From Eledone cirrhosa (Eukaryota): 64,000 nucleotides of DNA. A model generated the notes under the pieces. That model was not told the DNA's origin. It saw only the letters and a program-made list of their open reading frames with translations, and did no database searches. The stretch lies in assembly GCA_964016885.1 (NCBI GenBank), contig OZ024761.1, forward strand, positions 16,182,001 to 16,246,000, read 5' to 3'. The translations under genes and the position numbers were made by a program. Below are positions 45,000 through 59,092 of this stretch, piece after piece. Numbering within the stretch: position 1 is the stretch's first letter; the number at the start of each line of letters is the position of its first letter.

Positions 45000-46160
45000 T
45001 TATAGTGTGGCGAAAGCCCCTATATCATTCATCCCGACTCACAAGTCCCTTTCTTCAAATGGTGTGCCCTCGTCCCGATTTGGCGGAGGAAAATGGCAGC
45101 CAAAGAACCAAAGACACTGAAGGTTTCAATAGCTACAAGTAAACAAGGGAAACTGACAATATCTGGTAAATATATATTTTCAGTAATTCTTTTTTATTTT
45201 AAATTACACACGTCTCGCGCAGGAGGAGAAAATTGGTTTCATTGTGTTCTTTTTTAATGTATTTTGAACGAATCTGACCTTCAAAACCGTCGGAAATTAT
45301 TCGTTTTAATTTTTTTTTTTCTTAGTTAACCTGAAGTGGGAGAGTTGCACCCTCAGAACTTTCTTTAAAGTTACACTCGTCTTGCTTTATTTGATGACAT
45401 CTATGTCTGACATGTTTTTAATATTTTGAACGAATCTGGCCTTCAAAACCATAAAATAATTGCCGAAATTTTCTTATATTTTAAACCTCAATTCTGTATT
45501 ACTGATGTGGATTTGATCGACTAAATCAAGGCAGTGTCCAAGCATGGCCACAATCTAATGACTGAAGCAAGGAAACAAGTACTAACCCATTTTGTCTGAC
45601 AGTTCCACCAACATAATTGTAAGTGGAGGTGGCGAATTAGAATCGTTAGAACGTCAGATAGAATGCTTTCCGTCATTCGTTCCCGTGTCCGCTGAGGTCA
45701 ACTTTGCCTTTTTTCCCTTTCGATGTCGATAAAAAAAGTACCGGCTTAGTAATGTAGTCGATTCTTTCTCTATATCTGTTTCTCGCGTTCTCAGAGGGTG
45801 TAGTATAGGCAGAGAGCCGGAGCGAATACCACTTCGCTTCTGTAAACATTGTAAACGCGAAAAATGCAAAGGGGGAGAAAACTCTGCTTTCTTGGCTGGA
45901 TGGTATATATCTGTTGTGCTCTGCGGAGAAGATGGCGAATCGTTGCAGCAAAGAATACTCCACCTCACGTGGCTCAATCCTCAAGTCTGGTGCCTTCGTT
46001 CTGATCAGGCGAGGGAAAACGGCAGTTTAGGGGACTAAGGACCGAGGACACCGGAGATTCCATTCCATTTTATGCAACAACATAGAAATTAGCATTGCTA
46101 TAAGACAACAACAATTATCTCCCTTACAGGCATTTGAGGCAAGGGAGATAACTAAGGTAA
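45000..46160 (+). promoter_or_regulatory. Possible promoter / first-exon region of a second, unidentified gene
   Basis: CpG-richer, largely unique sequence; YY1-like AAAATGGCAGC (~45090) and AAGATGGCG (~45929); TCTCGCG motifs (~45213, 45781); donor-like TG|GTAAAT (~45166) and AAG|GTAACT (~46157). Confidence 0.4.
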
Positions 46161-46424
46161 CTATTTTTAGCAACTAATAGTTTTTATCTTCATCGTATAA
46201 TATCAATTATTATTTTTCCATGTTAGCTTCAGATTTCCTCGTCATTAATACGTTTAAAAATAATGTAACTATGATTAGATCAAAATAACACGCATATATT
46301 TATCAGAGTCTTGTCTGGTGATCCTGTTAGCACACAGGTGAAACTCCAGATTAACCCTAACACTTAGCCATAAAGAATATTTAAACTCTTTTTTGGTGTT
46401 TAGCACTTGTTATCCCGTCCATTA

Positions 46425-46498
<74 letters not shown>

Positions 46499-46859
46499 AG
46501 ACTTAAAATTAGCAAAGAGAAGACAAAACAACGAACGAAAACAAGACAAAACGGGAAACATTAAAAAATGTTTTTTTTATATAAAAATACAAACGAAAGA
46601 CACATATATATACATATATGTGTGTGTGTGTGTGTGTGTGAACTAACACAAACCCACATACTATGACTGAGGGCCGTGTCATCTTTTTATGCCTCTCCTA
46701 TATTTATGAAGCCAGACTAGAACTTCACTGCACGTAACGCCTGACTAGTTAATACACGTTATAAAGTTATCACGTGATATTAAATTTAAATTCAAACATT
46801 TGCCACTTCATGTTATCGTAGTTATTATATGATAGTTGAGGTGGAAGGGCAATGTTTCC

Positions 46860-47126
46860 AACTTTGTCTCTCTTTCGGCCTGTCTGTCTGTCTGCCTGTC
46901 TATCTGTCCGCCTGTCTGTCTATCTATGTTTGTCTGTCTGTCTGTCAGTCTGTCCATCTGTCTTTCTGTCTCTCTGTCGGTCTATCTGTCTACCTGTCTA
47001 TCTGTCTGTCTATCTATCTGTCTGTTTATCTGTCTGTCTGTCTCTCTGCCTATCTCTCTATATCTGTTTATCTGTCTATCTATCTGTCCATCTGTCTATC
47101 TGTTTGCCTGTCTGTCTGCCTATCTC

Positions 47127-47181
<55 letters not shown>

Positions 47182-47396
47182 GCCTATCTCTCTGTCTATC
47201 TATCTGTCTATCTGTTTGCCTGTCTGTCTGTCTGTCTGTCTCTCTGTCTATCTATCTGTCTATCTGTCTGTCTGTCTCTCTGCCTATCTCTCTCTCTGTC
47301 AGTATGTCTGTCTGTCTGTCTGTCTGTCTCTCTGCCTATCTCTCTCTCTGTCTGTCTGTCTGTCTGTCTCTCTGCCTATCTCTCTGTCTGTCAGTA

Positions 47397-47429
<33 letters not shown>

Positions 47430-47496
47430 GACTATCTCTCTGTCAGTCTATCTCTCTGTCTGTCTGTCTGTCTATCTGTCTATCTATCTGTCTATC
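46860..47496. repeat. (TCTG)n/(TCTA)n microsatellite
   Basis: Seen directly. Confidence 0.95.
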
Positions 47497-47726
47497 TACT
47501 CCTGGAGATGAGGGTTGCACATTTTTTGGGGGGGTATGTGTTACCCATATAAACTGTCTCCCCCTATTGGGGAAAATCGACTAATTTTTTAAATTGCATT
47601 TGTGATAACATTTTACACGTTTTTATTGTATGTAAACTTCCCCATTTGTATTTGTCCCCTTCTTTTGTGCCCCTGTGGCTAATAAAGAAATATATCTATC
47701 TGTCTATCTATCTGTCTATCTGCCTG

Positions 47727-47778
<52 letters not shown>

Positions 47779-48548
47779 AGGTGGGTGAAAGTGGCGAGAA
47801 TGGCCCGAGTGAATGGGCCTTCTCTCTATATCAGCCTGTAGGTTGAGGAAAAGGAGGAGGAGAGGAAAGGAGTACAAGCTCTTCGTACTCCTGGAGATGA
47901 GGGTTTCACATTTTTTTTCGGGGGTATGTGTTACCCATATGTAATGTCTCCCCCTATTGGGGAAAATCGACTAACTTTTTAAATTCCATTTGTGATAACA
48001 TTTTACACGTTTTTATTGTATGTAAACTTCCCCCTTTGTATTTGTCCCCTTCTTTTGTGCCCCTGTGGCTAATAAAGAAACATATCTGTCTGTCTATCTG
48101 TCTATCTATCTGTCTATCTATCTATCTATCTTCTTTAAGTATCACTTTAGAAGGAGAATCAGGGTGGAGAGAGAGGCAATGCACCCCAGTAAATTTACTG
48201 AAAGGTGGGTGAATGAAGCGAAAATGGCCCGAGTGATTGGGCCTTCTCTGTTTATAAGCCTGTAAGTTGAGGAAGAGAGCAAAAGGAAGAAAGGAGCACT
48301 TGCACAACACGCTCCTCGAGTTGAGGGTTGTTCTATCGACGGGGAATCAAACAACCCATTTGTGGCGCCTCCCCCCTATTGGGGATTTCAATTGTTGTAA
48401 TTGTTTGTTTTTTACACGACTATGTAAAATCCCCGGCATGTCTTTGTATTGTCCCCTTTTCTTGTTGCGCCCTTGTGGCTAATAAAGAAATCTATCTATC
48501 TATCTATCTGTCTCCCCTTCTTTTGTGCCCCTGTGGCTAATAAAGAAA
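47497..48548 (+). mobile_element. Four stacked 3' ends of an L1/Tx1-like LINE separated by (TCTA)n
   Basis: Segments 47497-47690, 47778-48080, 48131-48490 and 48509-48548 all end in TGTGGCTAATAAAGAAA. The longer ones begin in an ORF C-terminus FFKYHFRRRIRVERE...FTERWVNEAKMARV. Confidence 0.65.
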
Positions 48549-49009
48549 TATATCTATCTGTCTATCTGTCTGTCTATCTATCTGTCTATCTGTCTGTCTG
48601 ACTGTCTGTCTGTCTATTGTCAAGGTTGACCCAACAAAGTCTCTTTAGAAAAGTCAACCTGTAAATCCATGGTGGTTAATTTTTTTTTTCCTGTTGTGAC
48701 ATACTGACACATAAAGTAAGGAGAGAGGGTGGAGGACATTGGGGAGAGTGGAGAGAGGGGGTAATTGAAGGTGAGGTGGGAGGGGGTGTTTGAGGGAGAG
48801 GAGAGCAGAGAACAATGGCGAGAGGGAGGGGTTAGTTGTGGGAGAGGTGGGAGGGGTAATTGAGGGAGAGGTGGGAGGGGAACAATGGATGGAGGTGGTA
48901 TTTGAGGGGAGGAGAGAGGGGTGAGACAATGGAGGGGGAGAGGGAGAGATGGACAATGGAGGGAGGCAGAGAGTCAAACAGGGAGTGAGGCAGAGTTGCA
49001 GATAGGCAT

Positions 49010-50150
49010 GTACATAGACAGATAATAGACAGACAGACAGACTGATGGTAGACAGACTGACTGATGGTAGACAAACTGACAGACAGATGGTAGACAGATT
49101 GACAGACAGATGGTAGACAGACTGACAGACAGATGGTAGACAGACTGACAGACTGACAGACAGACTGACAGACAGATGGTAGACAGACTGACAGACAGAT
49201 GGTAGACAGACTGACAGACAGATGGTAGACAGACTGTCAGACAGATGGTAGACAGACTGTCAGACAGATGGTAGACAGACAGACAGATGGTAGACAGACA
49301 GACTGATGGTAGACAGACTGACAGACAGATGGTAGACAGACTGACAGACAGATGGTAGACAGACTGTCAGACAGATGGTAGACAGACTGTCAGACAGATG
49401 GTAGACAGACAGACAGATGGTAGACAGACAGACTGATGGTAGACAGACAGACTGATGGTAGACATACTGACAGACAGATGGTAGACAGACTGACTGACAG
49501 ATGGTAGACAGACTGTCAGACAGATGGCAGACAGACAGACAGATGGCAGACAGACAGACAGATGGCAGACAGACAGACTGATGGTAGACATACTGACAGA
49601 CAGATGATAGACAGACTGACAGATGATAGACAGACTGACTGATGGTAGACAGACTGACAGATGGTAGACAGACAGACTGATGGTAGACAGACTGAGAAAT
49701 GGTAGACAGACTGACAGACAGATGGTAGACAGACTGTCAGATGGTAGACAGACTGACATACAGATGGTAGACAGACTGTCAGATGGTAGACAGACATACA
49801 GATGGTAGACAGACTGTCAGATGGTAGACAGACTGATGGTAGACAGACTGATGGTAGACAGACTGACAGATGGTAGGCAGACTGACATACAGATGGTAGA
49901 CAGACTGTCAGATGGTAGACAGACATACAGATGGTAGACAGACTGACAGATGGTATACAGACTGTCAGATGGTAGACAGACAGACAGATGGTAGACAGAT
50001 TGACATACAGATGGTAGACAGACAGACTGATGGTAGACAGATTGACATACAGATGGTAGACAGATAGGCATACATATGGTAGACAGACAGACAGATACAC
50101 AGACAGACAGATGGTAGGTAGACAGATAGACAAACAGACAGGTACGCAAG
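49010..50150. repeat. (GACA)n-derived composite repeat with recurrent GATGGTA
   Basis: Seen directly. Confidence 0.92.
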
Positions 50151-50555
50151 CAGACAGCCTCTGTTGCCTCCTGGCTTGATGTTCATCACTTTGCTGATCC
50201 AGGCCTCACTGCACTGGACATGGCCGTACCAGCGCATGCGTCTCGTGTGAAGCACATCCTTGAGGATGTTAACCAGTGGTCTTTTCAGGAGCTAAGTTGA
50301 GCTGATATCAACAAGGGCCACTGCAGTGGGTATAGTTTCATCATCATTTCATTTTAAGTCCGCTTTTTCCCTGCTTGCAAGGGTGGGACGGGAACTGATG
50401 CTGGCTTGATTTCTACAGCTGGATGCCCTTCCTAACACCAACCTCATTTACAGTGAGTGCTGGGGAGGGGATGTGTCTGATAAGCCGTCAAATATGGTAT
50501 TTATTGATGGCTGGAAATTATTTCATGTACTTATCAACAAAGCATATAACTCATT

Positions 50556-50604
<49 letters not shown>

Positions 50605-52044
50605 CACTGTAAATGTGGTTGGTGTTAGGAAGGGCATCCAACTGTAGAAAACCTGCCAGACAGTCCTATGCGAGCAAGACAATCACTCTTGCCTCAAGTG
50701 GGACTACCCCCGTCCAAACCCATGCAAGCGTGGAACACGGACGTTAAACGTTGATGATGATGATGATGATGATATATGGAGGCACATGGCTTAGTGGTTA
50801 GAGCATTGGCCTTGCAATCAAAAGGTTATGAGTTCAATTCTCAGACCGGGTGATATGTTGTTTCCTTGAGCAAGACACTTTATTTCACATTGCTCCAGTT
50901 TACTCAGCTGTAGAAATGAGATGATAGGGACTGGGGTCCATATCATTCCACTGCAAAGTGGTCGTGGAGGTGCCACGGCAAAAAAGCACCCAGCACTCAC
51001 TGTAAATGAGGTTGGTGTTAGGAAGGGCATCCAGCTGTAGAAATCAAGCCAGAATCAGTTCCCGTCCCACCCTTGCAAGCAGGGAAAAGCGGACGTTAAA
51101 TGATGATGATGATGATGATATATATATATATTATATATATATAATTGAAAAGGTGGAGAATAACATGGTCAACAGTACAAAAAAGGGGATTAACAATTGT
51201 TTCACTGACAGAGATGTCTAAAAATTGCTGAACACACTTGTTGACCATGTTATTCTCCACTTTTTCAATTTTATTACTCCAAGATAAACTTACTCGTCAT
51301 CTACGTAAACCTCTTGTTGAGTCAAGCAACGCCGCATGCTAAAACTATCCATGCTAAGAAGTATTTACAACCTTTAATTGGATTACCTATAACTATATTT
51401 TGTTATCCTTTATATATATCATCATTTCATTTTATGTCCGCTTTTCCCTGCTTGCAAGGGTGGGACGGGAACTGATTCTGGCTTGATTTCTACAGCTGGA
51501 TGCCCTTCCTAACACCAACCTCATTTACAGTGAGTGCTGGGTGCTTTTTTGCCGTGGCGCCTACACGTTTACTTTGCAGTGGAATGATAGGGAACCCAGT
51601 CCCTATCATCTCATTTCTACAGCTGAGTAAACTGGAGCAATGTGAAATAAAGTGTCTTGCTCAAGGAAACAACACATCACCCGGTCTGAGAATTGAACTC
51701 ACAACCTTTCGATTGCAAGGCCAATGCTCTAACTACTAAGCCATGTGCCTCCATATATATATATATATTTATATTAATTCAAAATATTAATAAATATAGA
51801 CATTTATGTGATCAAATATATTTTATTATATATAATAAAATATATTTGCTCACATGAATGTCTATATTTATTAATGTTTTGAATTAATATTAATAACTCC
51901 AGAAAACTTACTTGTTGAGGGCTTCTAATCTATTGTAAAACTATATTCATTGATTAATCAATGAACTTTGTTTAACTTTTGGTATATATATATTTATATA
52001 TATAATATAATATAATAAAGAGAGACAAACACATATATATACAT

Positions 52045-52553
52045 ACCATCTCGCCAATTGCAACCCTGAGCGCCTCTTTGATCTCCATGTGTCTAATACA
52101 AGATCAGAAAACAGCACAGCTCCCATGACTTTCGTAGACATTTTTTCACGCTCAGAGTTGCTGAAGCATGGAACAAACTGCCTGCGTCAGTTGTTAGCTG
52201 CCGAGACACTGCATCCTTTAAGACACTCATGCTTCCCGAAATATGCCAAAACTACACCTGATGTACCCCTTCCATACACATGCACACATGTGTGTATCAT
52301 GACTCGTGCACTGTTCATTTCACTGATGTTTGTGCATTGCCCTATGTACTGTACATGTGACTTTTTTGATGAGTTGTGGTGCACCTGGGCACTGTACACA
52401 ATATTTCATTATTGTTATTATTATTATATCATGACTCATACACTGTTCATTTTCCTGACATTTGTACATTATTCTATGTACTATACATGCACCTTTGATG
52501 AGTTGTAGTGCACCTGAGCACTGTACACAATAATTTCATTATTATTATTATTA
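52045..52553 (+). mobile_element. CR1-group LINE 3' fragment with duplicated 3' UTR
   Basis: Homologous to 59309-59709; tail TGATGAGTTGTAGTGCACCTGAGCACTGTACACAATAATTTC(ATT)n. Tail-only copies at ~6860-6935 (-), 7020-7095 (-) and 60364-60437 (+). Confidence 0.8.
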
Positions 52554-52719
52554 TATATGCATTCAAATCATAAGGGACGTAAACTGTCTGGATGTTGATA
52601 GTTATCATAATTCGGTTTGTAATTCCTAATTTATCCTTTTAATTGAGTCTAGCAAACTGTATTATCCTTAGTTAGTATTTTCTTCACCCTGGCGGTTTAT
52701 GTCCCTTATGATTTGAACG

Positions 52720-52772
<53 letters not shown>

Positions 52773-52882
52773 GTGTTTGTCTCTCTTTATTATATTATAT
52801 TATAAAGCTCGGATAATTTTTTCCTTGAGCTATTTTAATTATAAGGGACTGTTGTGAGTTTTTAACTCAATATATACTTTTG

Positions 52883-52914
<32 letters not shown>

Positions 52915-53824
52915 ATATGCATATGTGTATGTATGCATATATATATATATGTGTGTATGTGGGTGTGTATATATATATAAATAAATATGAATCATCATCA
53001 TCATCATCATCATCGTTTAACGTCCATCTTCCATGCTTGCTATCATCATCATCATCATCATCATCATCGTTTAACATCCATCTTCCACGCTTGCATGGGT
53101 TTGGATGGGAATTTTCCCACTTGAGGCAAGAGTCTTGCTCGTATAGGACTGTCTGGTGGGTTTTCTATGGCTGGATGCCCTTCCTAACACCAACCACGTT
53201 TACAGTGTGGACTGGGAGGTTTTTACCGTGTTACCTACACGGCCACATTACTGCGTGGACTGTGTGTTTTTTTTTGTCGTGACACCTACACGACCTCATT
53301 TGTTTCGGCCTGGATGTTGTGGTACCAACATAACTTTACATCGAAAGGGGTGGTGTGGATGGGGTGGGGGTAGTGGGACGGGGGTGTATTTTTGTTAGAG
53401 GTGCCTACTGACTGTAGTATATGTATATGTATATGTATATATGTAGTATATGTATATGTATATATATATGTAGTATATATATATGTATATATATATATAT
53501 GCATATATATATATATGTATGTCATCATCATCACCGTTTTACGTCCGTTCTTCCACGCTAGCATGGGTTAGACGGGTTGTCCTGTTGTGGGCAGTGTCTG
53601 GTCGGCTGACCATGCCTTGCTCATACAGGAACTGATATATATATATATATATATTGTTATACTTGGGGAGGGTCATATTTGTGTAATATTGCCAGAATTA
53701 ATAACAGAACACACTCACTGTTTGGTTGGTTTTCGCTTTTCGCTTCTGTGTCTTTTATATCGGTAATCTAATTTATTCGGTCCTCAATGTTGCCATTGAC
53801 TGACCAACGGTCAAAAATACAGAT

Positions 53825-54608
<784 letters not shown>

Positions 54609-54749
54609 ACAATAATTAAAGGCAGCAATGTGTTGAGAATCTGTTCAAGAAAATAAGAGAGATCAGCTCAGAAGGTGTGGAAATACTTTACGGCACACAG
54701 CAGCTAATCATGTGATCAGTAATAGGTCAGCTGACATTTTAACGCTGTA

Positions 54750-55032
54750 ACTTCATCATCATCATCATCATCGTTGTCATCTTGATCATCATCATCGTCG
54801 TTGTTTTCTTCATCATAGACATCATCATCATCATCGTCGTTGTTTTCTTCATCATAGACATCATCATCATCATCATCATAGACATCATCATCATCATCGT
54901 CGTTGTTTTCTTCATCATAGACATCATCAGCATCATCATCATCATCTTGATCATCATCATCATCATAGACATCATCATCATCATCATCATAGACATCATC
55001 ATCATCATCGTCGTTGTTTTCTTCATCATAGA

Positions 55033-55063
<31 letters not shown>

Positions 55064-55158
55064 TTGATCATCATCATCATCATAGACATCATCATCATCA
55101 TCATCATAGACATCATCATCATCATCGTCGTTGTTTTCTTCATCATAGACATCATCAG

Positions 55159-55191
<33 letters not shown>

Positions 55192-55194
55192 AGA

Positions 55195-55225
<31 letters not shown>

Positions 55226-55260
55226 GTCATCGTCATCAGTATTGTCATCAGCATCATCTT
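54750..55260. repeat. (ATC)n-based composite minisatellite
   Basis: (CAT)n interrupted by recurrent CATAGA and GTCGTTGTTTTCTT blocks. Confidence 0.92.
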
Positions 55261-55522
55261 TTCCACTAGCACCATCACCGACCGCCACTATCCCCACAGC
55301 CATTACCGCCATCATTACCCTACCACCTCAACCAGCACCACCACTGACACTTAGCAAGTGGCTAGAAATGTCATCAAAGGTCTATTGCTACAGGGACAGA
55401 GTGAAAGGCAGGCAGGCAGGCAGACAGGCAAACAGACTGACACACAGACAGACCGACGGGCAGGCACAGTGACAGACATACAGGCAGAATGACAGATAGA
55501 CAGACAGACTGACTGACAGAGT

Positions 55523-55554
<32 letters not shown>

Positions 55555-57215
55555 GTTTACAAAGCAGTGTCTGCTGCCATGAACATATATATATATATAT
55601 GTATGTGGGTGTATATATGAATACACACTCAGGCACACACACATATACACACACAATTATATATATATCATCATCATCATCATCATCATCATTTAACATC
55701 CATTTTCCCCTGCTAGTAAAAGTTGGCTGAGTCGTCACAAAACAACTGAATCTTTAATTAGAAACACTGACCTCTCTGACCAGCCAAGTCCCTTACATAT
55801 ATTCCTGCACTTTACAGAGTGTACTGGGTGTATTTTATCTTGACACCAGTATGAGAGAGGTCGTCATGCCTTTAACACAGCTGTCAAGTTCTTTTGACCC
55901 TTTTTTTTGGTGGGCTCTCTCAACCTTTGTCTGGTGGGCCCTCTCGACTGTTTGTTTGGTGGGCTTTGCTTGGTTGTATTCAGGTATTTACAACTGTCTC
56001 TTTATATAGTATACTGGGTGTGTTTTATTGTGTCAATAATACAGCGAGGTTGTTGTACCCTTGACACACACACACACATCTTATATATAATAGATCATAT
56101 ATATAATAGATCATTATCCTCATTGATTAACATCTGTTTTCCTTGCTAGTATTGGTTTGACACAGTTAAAGGGTCCTCCCGGCCATATATTGATATATAT
56201 ATATATGAAGGTACATGGCTTAGTGGTTAGAGCATTGGCCTTGCAATCGAAAGGTTGTGAGTTCAATTCTCAGACCGGGTGATGTGTTGTTTCCTTGAAC
56301 AAGACACTTTATTTCACATTGCTCCAGTTTACTCAGCTGTAGAAATGAGATGATAGGGACTGGGGTCCCTATCATTCCACTGCAAAGTGGTCGTGGAGGT
56401 GCCACGGCAAAAAAGCACTCAGCACTCACTGTAAATGAGGTTGGTGTTAGGAAGGGCATCCAGCTGTAGAAATCAAGCCAGAATCAGTTGCTGTCCCACC
56501 CTTGCAAGCAGGGAAAAGTGGACATAAAATGAAATGATGAATGATGATGATGATATATATAGATAAAAGCTGACGTTACCCAATTACACCTCTCAAAGGC
56601 AATGACACACGACCGTGACCTCTGGCCTCACGCAGTAATACAGAGTACCCGACCTCCCATGGGTACAAGCTGAAGCATATAGACAATTTGCCCCCACACC
56701 TCCCACTGCAAGGTGGTCGTGGAGGTTCCACGGCAAAAAAGCACCCAGCCCACACTGTAAAGTGGACGTGTAGGCGCCACGGAAAAAGCACCCAGCACTC
56801 ACTGTAAATGAGGTTGGTGTTAGGGAGGGCATCCAGCTGTAGAAATCAAGCCAAATCAGTTCCTGTATGAGCAAGGCATGGTCAGCCGACCAGACACTGC
56901 CCACAACAGGACAACCCGTCTAACCCATGCTAGCATGGAAGAATGGACGTAAAACGGTGATGATGATATATATATATAGATGTCAGGACAAAAAGTACCC
57001 AGCACACACTGTAAAGTTCATAGGGTGACTGTGAAGGAGTGATGCTAGAGCTGTGGAATCTTGCATGCATCAATTGCAAATCTTCTTATTAATGACTGCA
57101 TTGTTTCTTTCCAGAGACTATGTTGAAAAATAAACTTCATTTGGTCATTCCATGAGAGTATCTTGGTCAGCCTATGAACTTTTCAGTTGACCCTGTGAGT
57201 CGGGTAGGGATTGGT

Positions 57216-57397
57216 CAGGCATGTCAAACTGAGGGCCACATGTGTCACATATGTGTTGTCTGAGGGCCACACATTACAACTATTTTTTTTTTCATTTTAT
57301 ATTACAAAGATAAAACTTGCTCGCGCTGTAAAAATATTTGTGTGTGCTTGTAAAAATAAAGGTGTGCTTGTATAGGGCCACATGTTTGACATGTCTG
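57216..57397. mobile_element. hAT/Charlie-like MITE
   Basis: TIRs CAGGCATGTCAAAC / GTTTGACATGTCTG with internal GGGCCACA motifs; no clean 8-bp TSD. Confidence 0.6.
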
Positions 57398-59092
57398 GTG
57401 TAGGTAATATGTTATGTTTTATTCTTAATCACAATTATAGAGCTACTATCGTGAAAAAACGAGGCCAGTTTTATTGTAGCTTCTGCCTTTTATTGCCATT
57501 GAATTGAGTCATTCAACAGCACAACTCTCTATACACAACATATCCCATGTGCTATACTTACAGAGAGGTTTCTGTTTTGTTTAATCAGTGTGAGGCCATA
57601 ACATCATGCCCCATATTCTACATCTATATATGGGTTTCTGGTTTGCTTTGCTCTTTAGCATTTAAACCGGCCATATCCGGCCAGAATTCTTCTACTGCTT
57701 TCTGTTCAAACTGGCCAAAACCGGCTGCTCATATTTACATTGAGGTATTGTTCTCAAAATAAATATTATGTGAGATAACTATTTGAGATAAAGCCTTTAT
57801 GTGAAAATAAAATAGTAAATATAGAGTAATGTCAATGCTAAAGGGTTAATCATTGTTTAACCATAACACCAATATATCCCATATGCTATACCTACTCAGA
57901 GGCAGTGGTGTATTGCTGGGTATGCGTGAGGGTGCAGCTGCAACCCCACCAAAAAATTATTTGTTAGAAAATCTGGTTTTGTTGGAATATTCTTAAATTT
58001 TCAGAAAATGCTTATTTATTTTATTTCTATCTCAGTTGCTTCTCTGATTTGCCTACCTGTTGAGTCATTTCTATGCTTAGATATTATTAACATTTCTATG
58101 TTGTCTATATTACCGTCATGTCTTTGTCTGGCGTGTTCATATATTACTGAACCGTTTTTTGTCCTTTTAATTCCACCCAGTGCTGGTCTATTCTTTCTCC
58201 TATGCTTCGAGCTGTCTCACCTATGTATGTCGTTGTCATGTTTCTGCAAGTGCCCTCTGTACATCTTATGCTATAGACTACATTTCTAGTTTTACAATTT
58301 ATCTGGGGGTTCATTCTACATATAACACATTTCTTATTCGTACAGTGGGTTTCCCATAGAAATGGAATAGCTTATTTATTTTAATTGCACGAAACATAAT
58401 GGTTTCTCATTTAAGCACAAGGCCAACAATTTGGGGGAAGGGGAAAGCCAATTAAATCAACCCCAGTGCATTACTGGTGCTTTATTTTATCGACCCCGTA
58501 AGGATGAAAGGCAAAGCTAACCTTGGCAGGATTTGAACTTAGAACGTAAAGGGCCATAACTCTATACCACAAAGCATGTTGTCCGATGCTCTACTGATAC
58601 TGCCAATTCACCACCCTAATTACACGAAACATAATAAAGTATGTACAATACTGTAACAAATAAAGATGTCATAATAATTGTTTCGACTTTTGGCACAAGG
58701 CCAGCAAATACCCAGTGCATTACTGGTACTTTATTTTATCGACCCCGTAAGGATGAAAGGCAAAGTTAACCTCGGCAGGATTTGAACTCAGAATGGCAAG
58801 GGCTGTAACTATGCGTCAAAGCATGGCGTCCGACCCTCTACCGATACTGCCAATCCACTGCCCTTGATGTCATAATAATGATTGGCGTGCATAAAAATTT
58901 TTTTCAGAAAATTAATATTTTTTGGTGGAAAATTATGAACGTCTGCACCTCTAAAAATATGATAGGAGAAATACACTTATGCAGAGAGGTTACTATTTTG
59001 TTTAATCATTTTGGGAGTATAACACAAGTATGTGTAATCTGAGTACTTGTATTGATAAAAAGCCATTTAATCAAACATGCATAGAAGGCAAC

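Noticed and set aside
48715-49005. Purine-rich G-tract region as a functional G-quadruplex
   Set aside because: Low-complexity GA-rich sequence among microsatellites, with nothing to indicate function.
54716-55315. 199-aa Asp-rich ORF resembling an acidic biomineralisation protein
   Set aside because: It is the translation of an (ATC)n composite repeat that is open in several frames; no convincing signal peptide or splice context.
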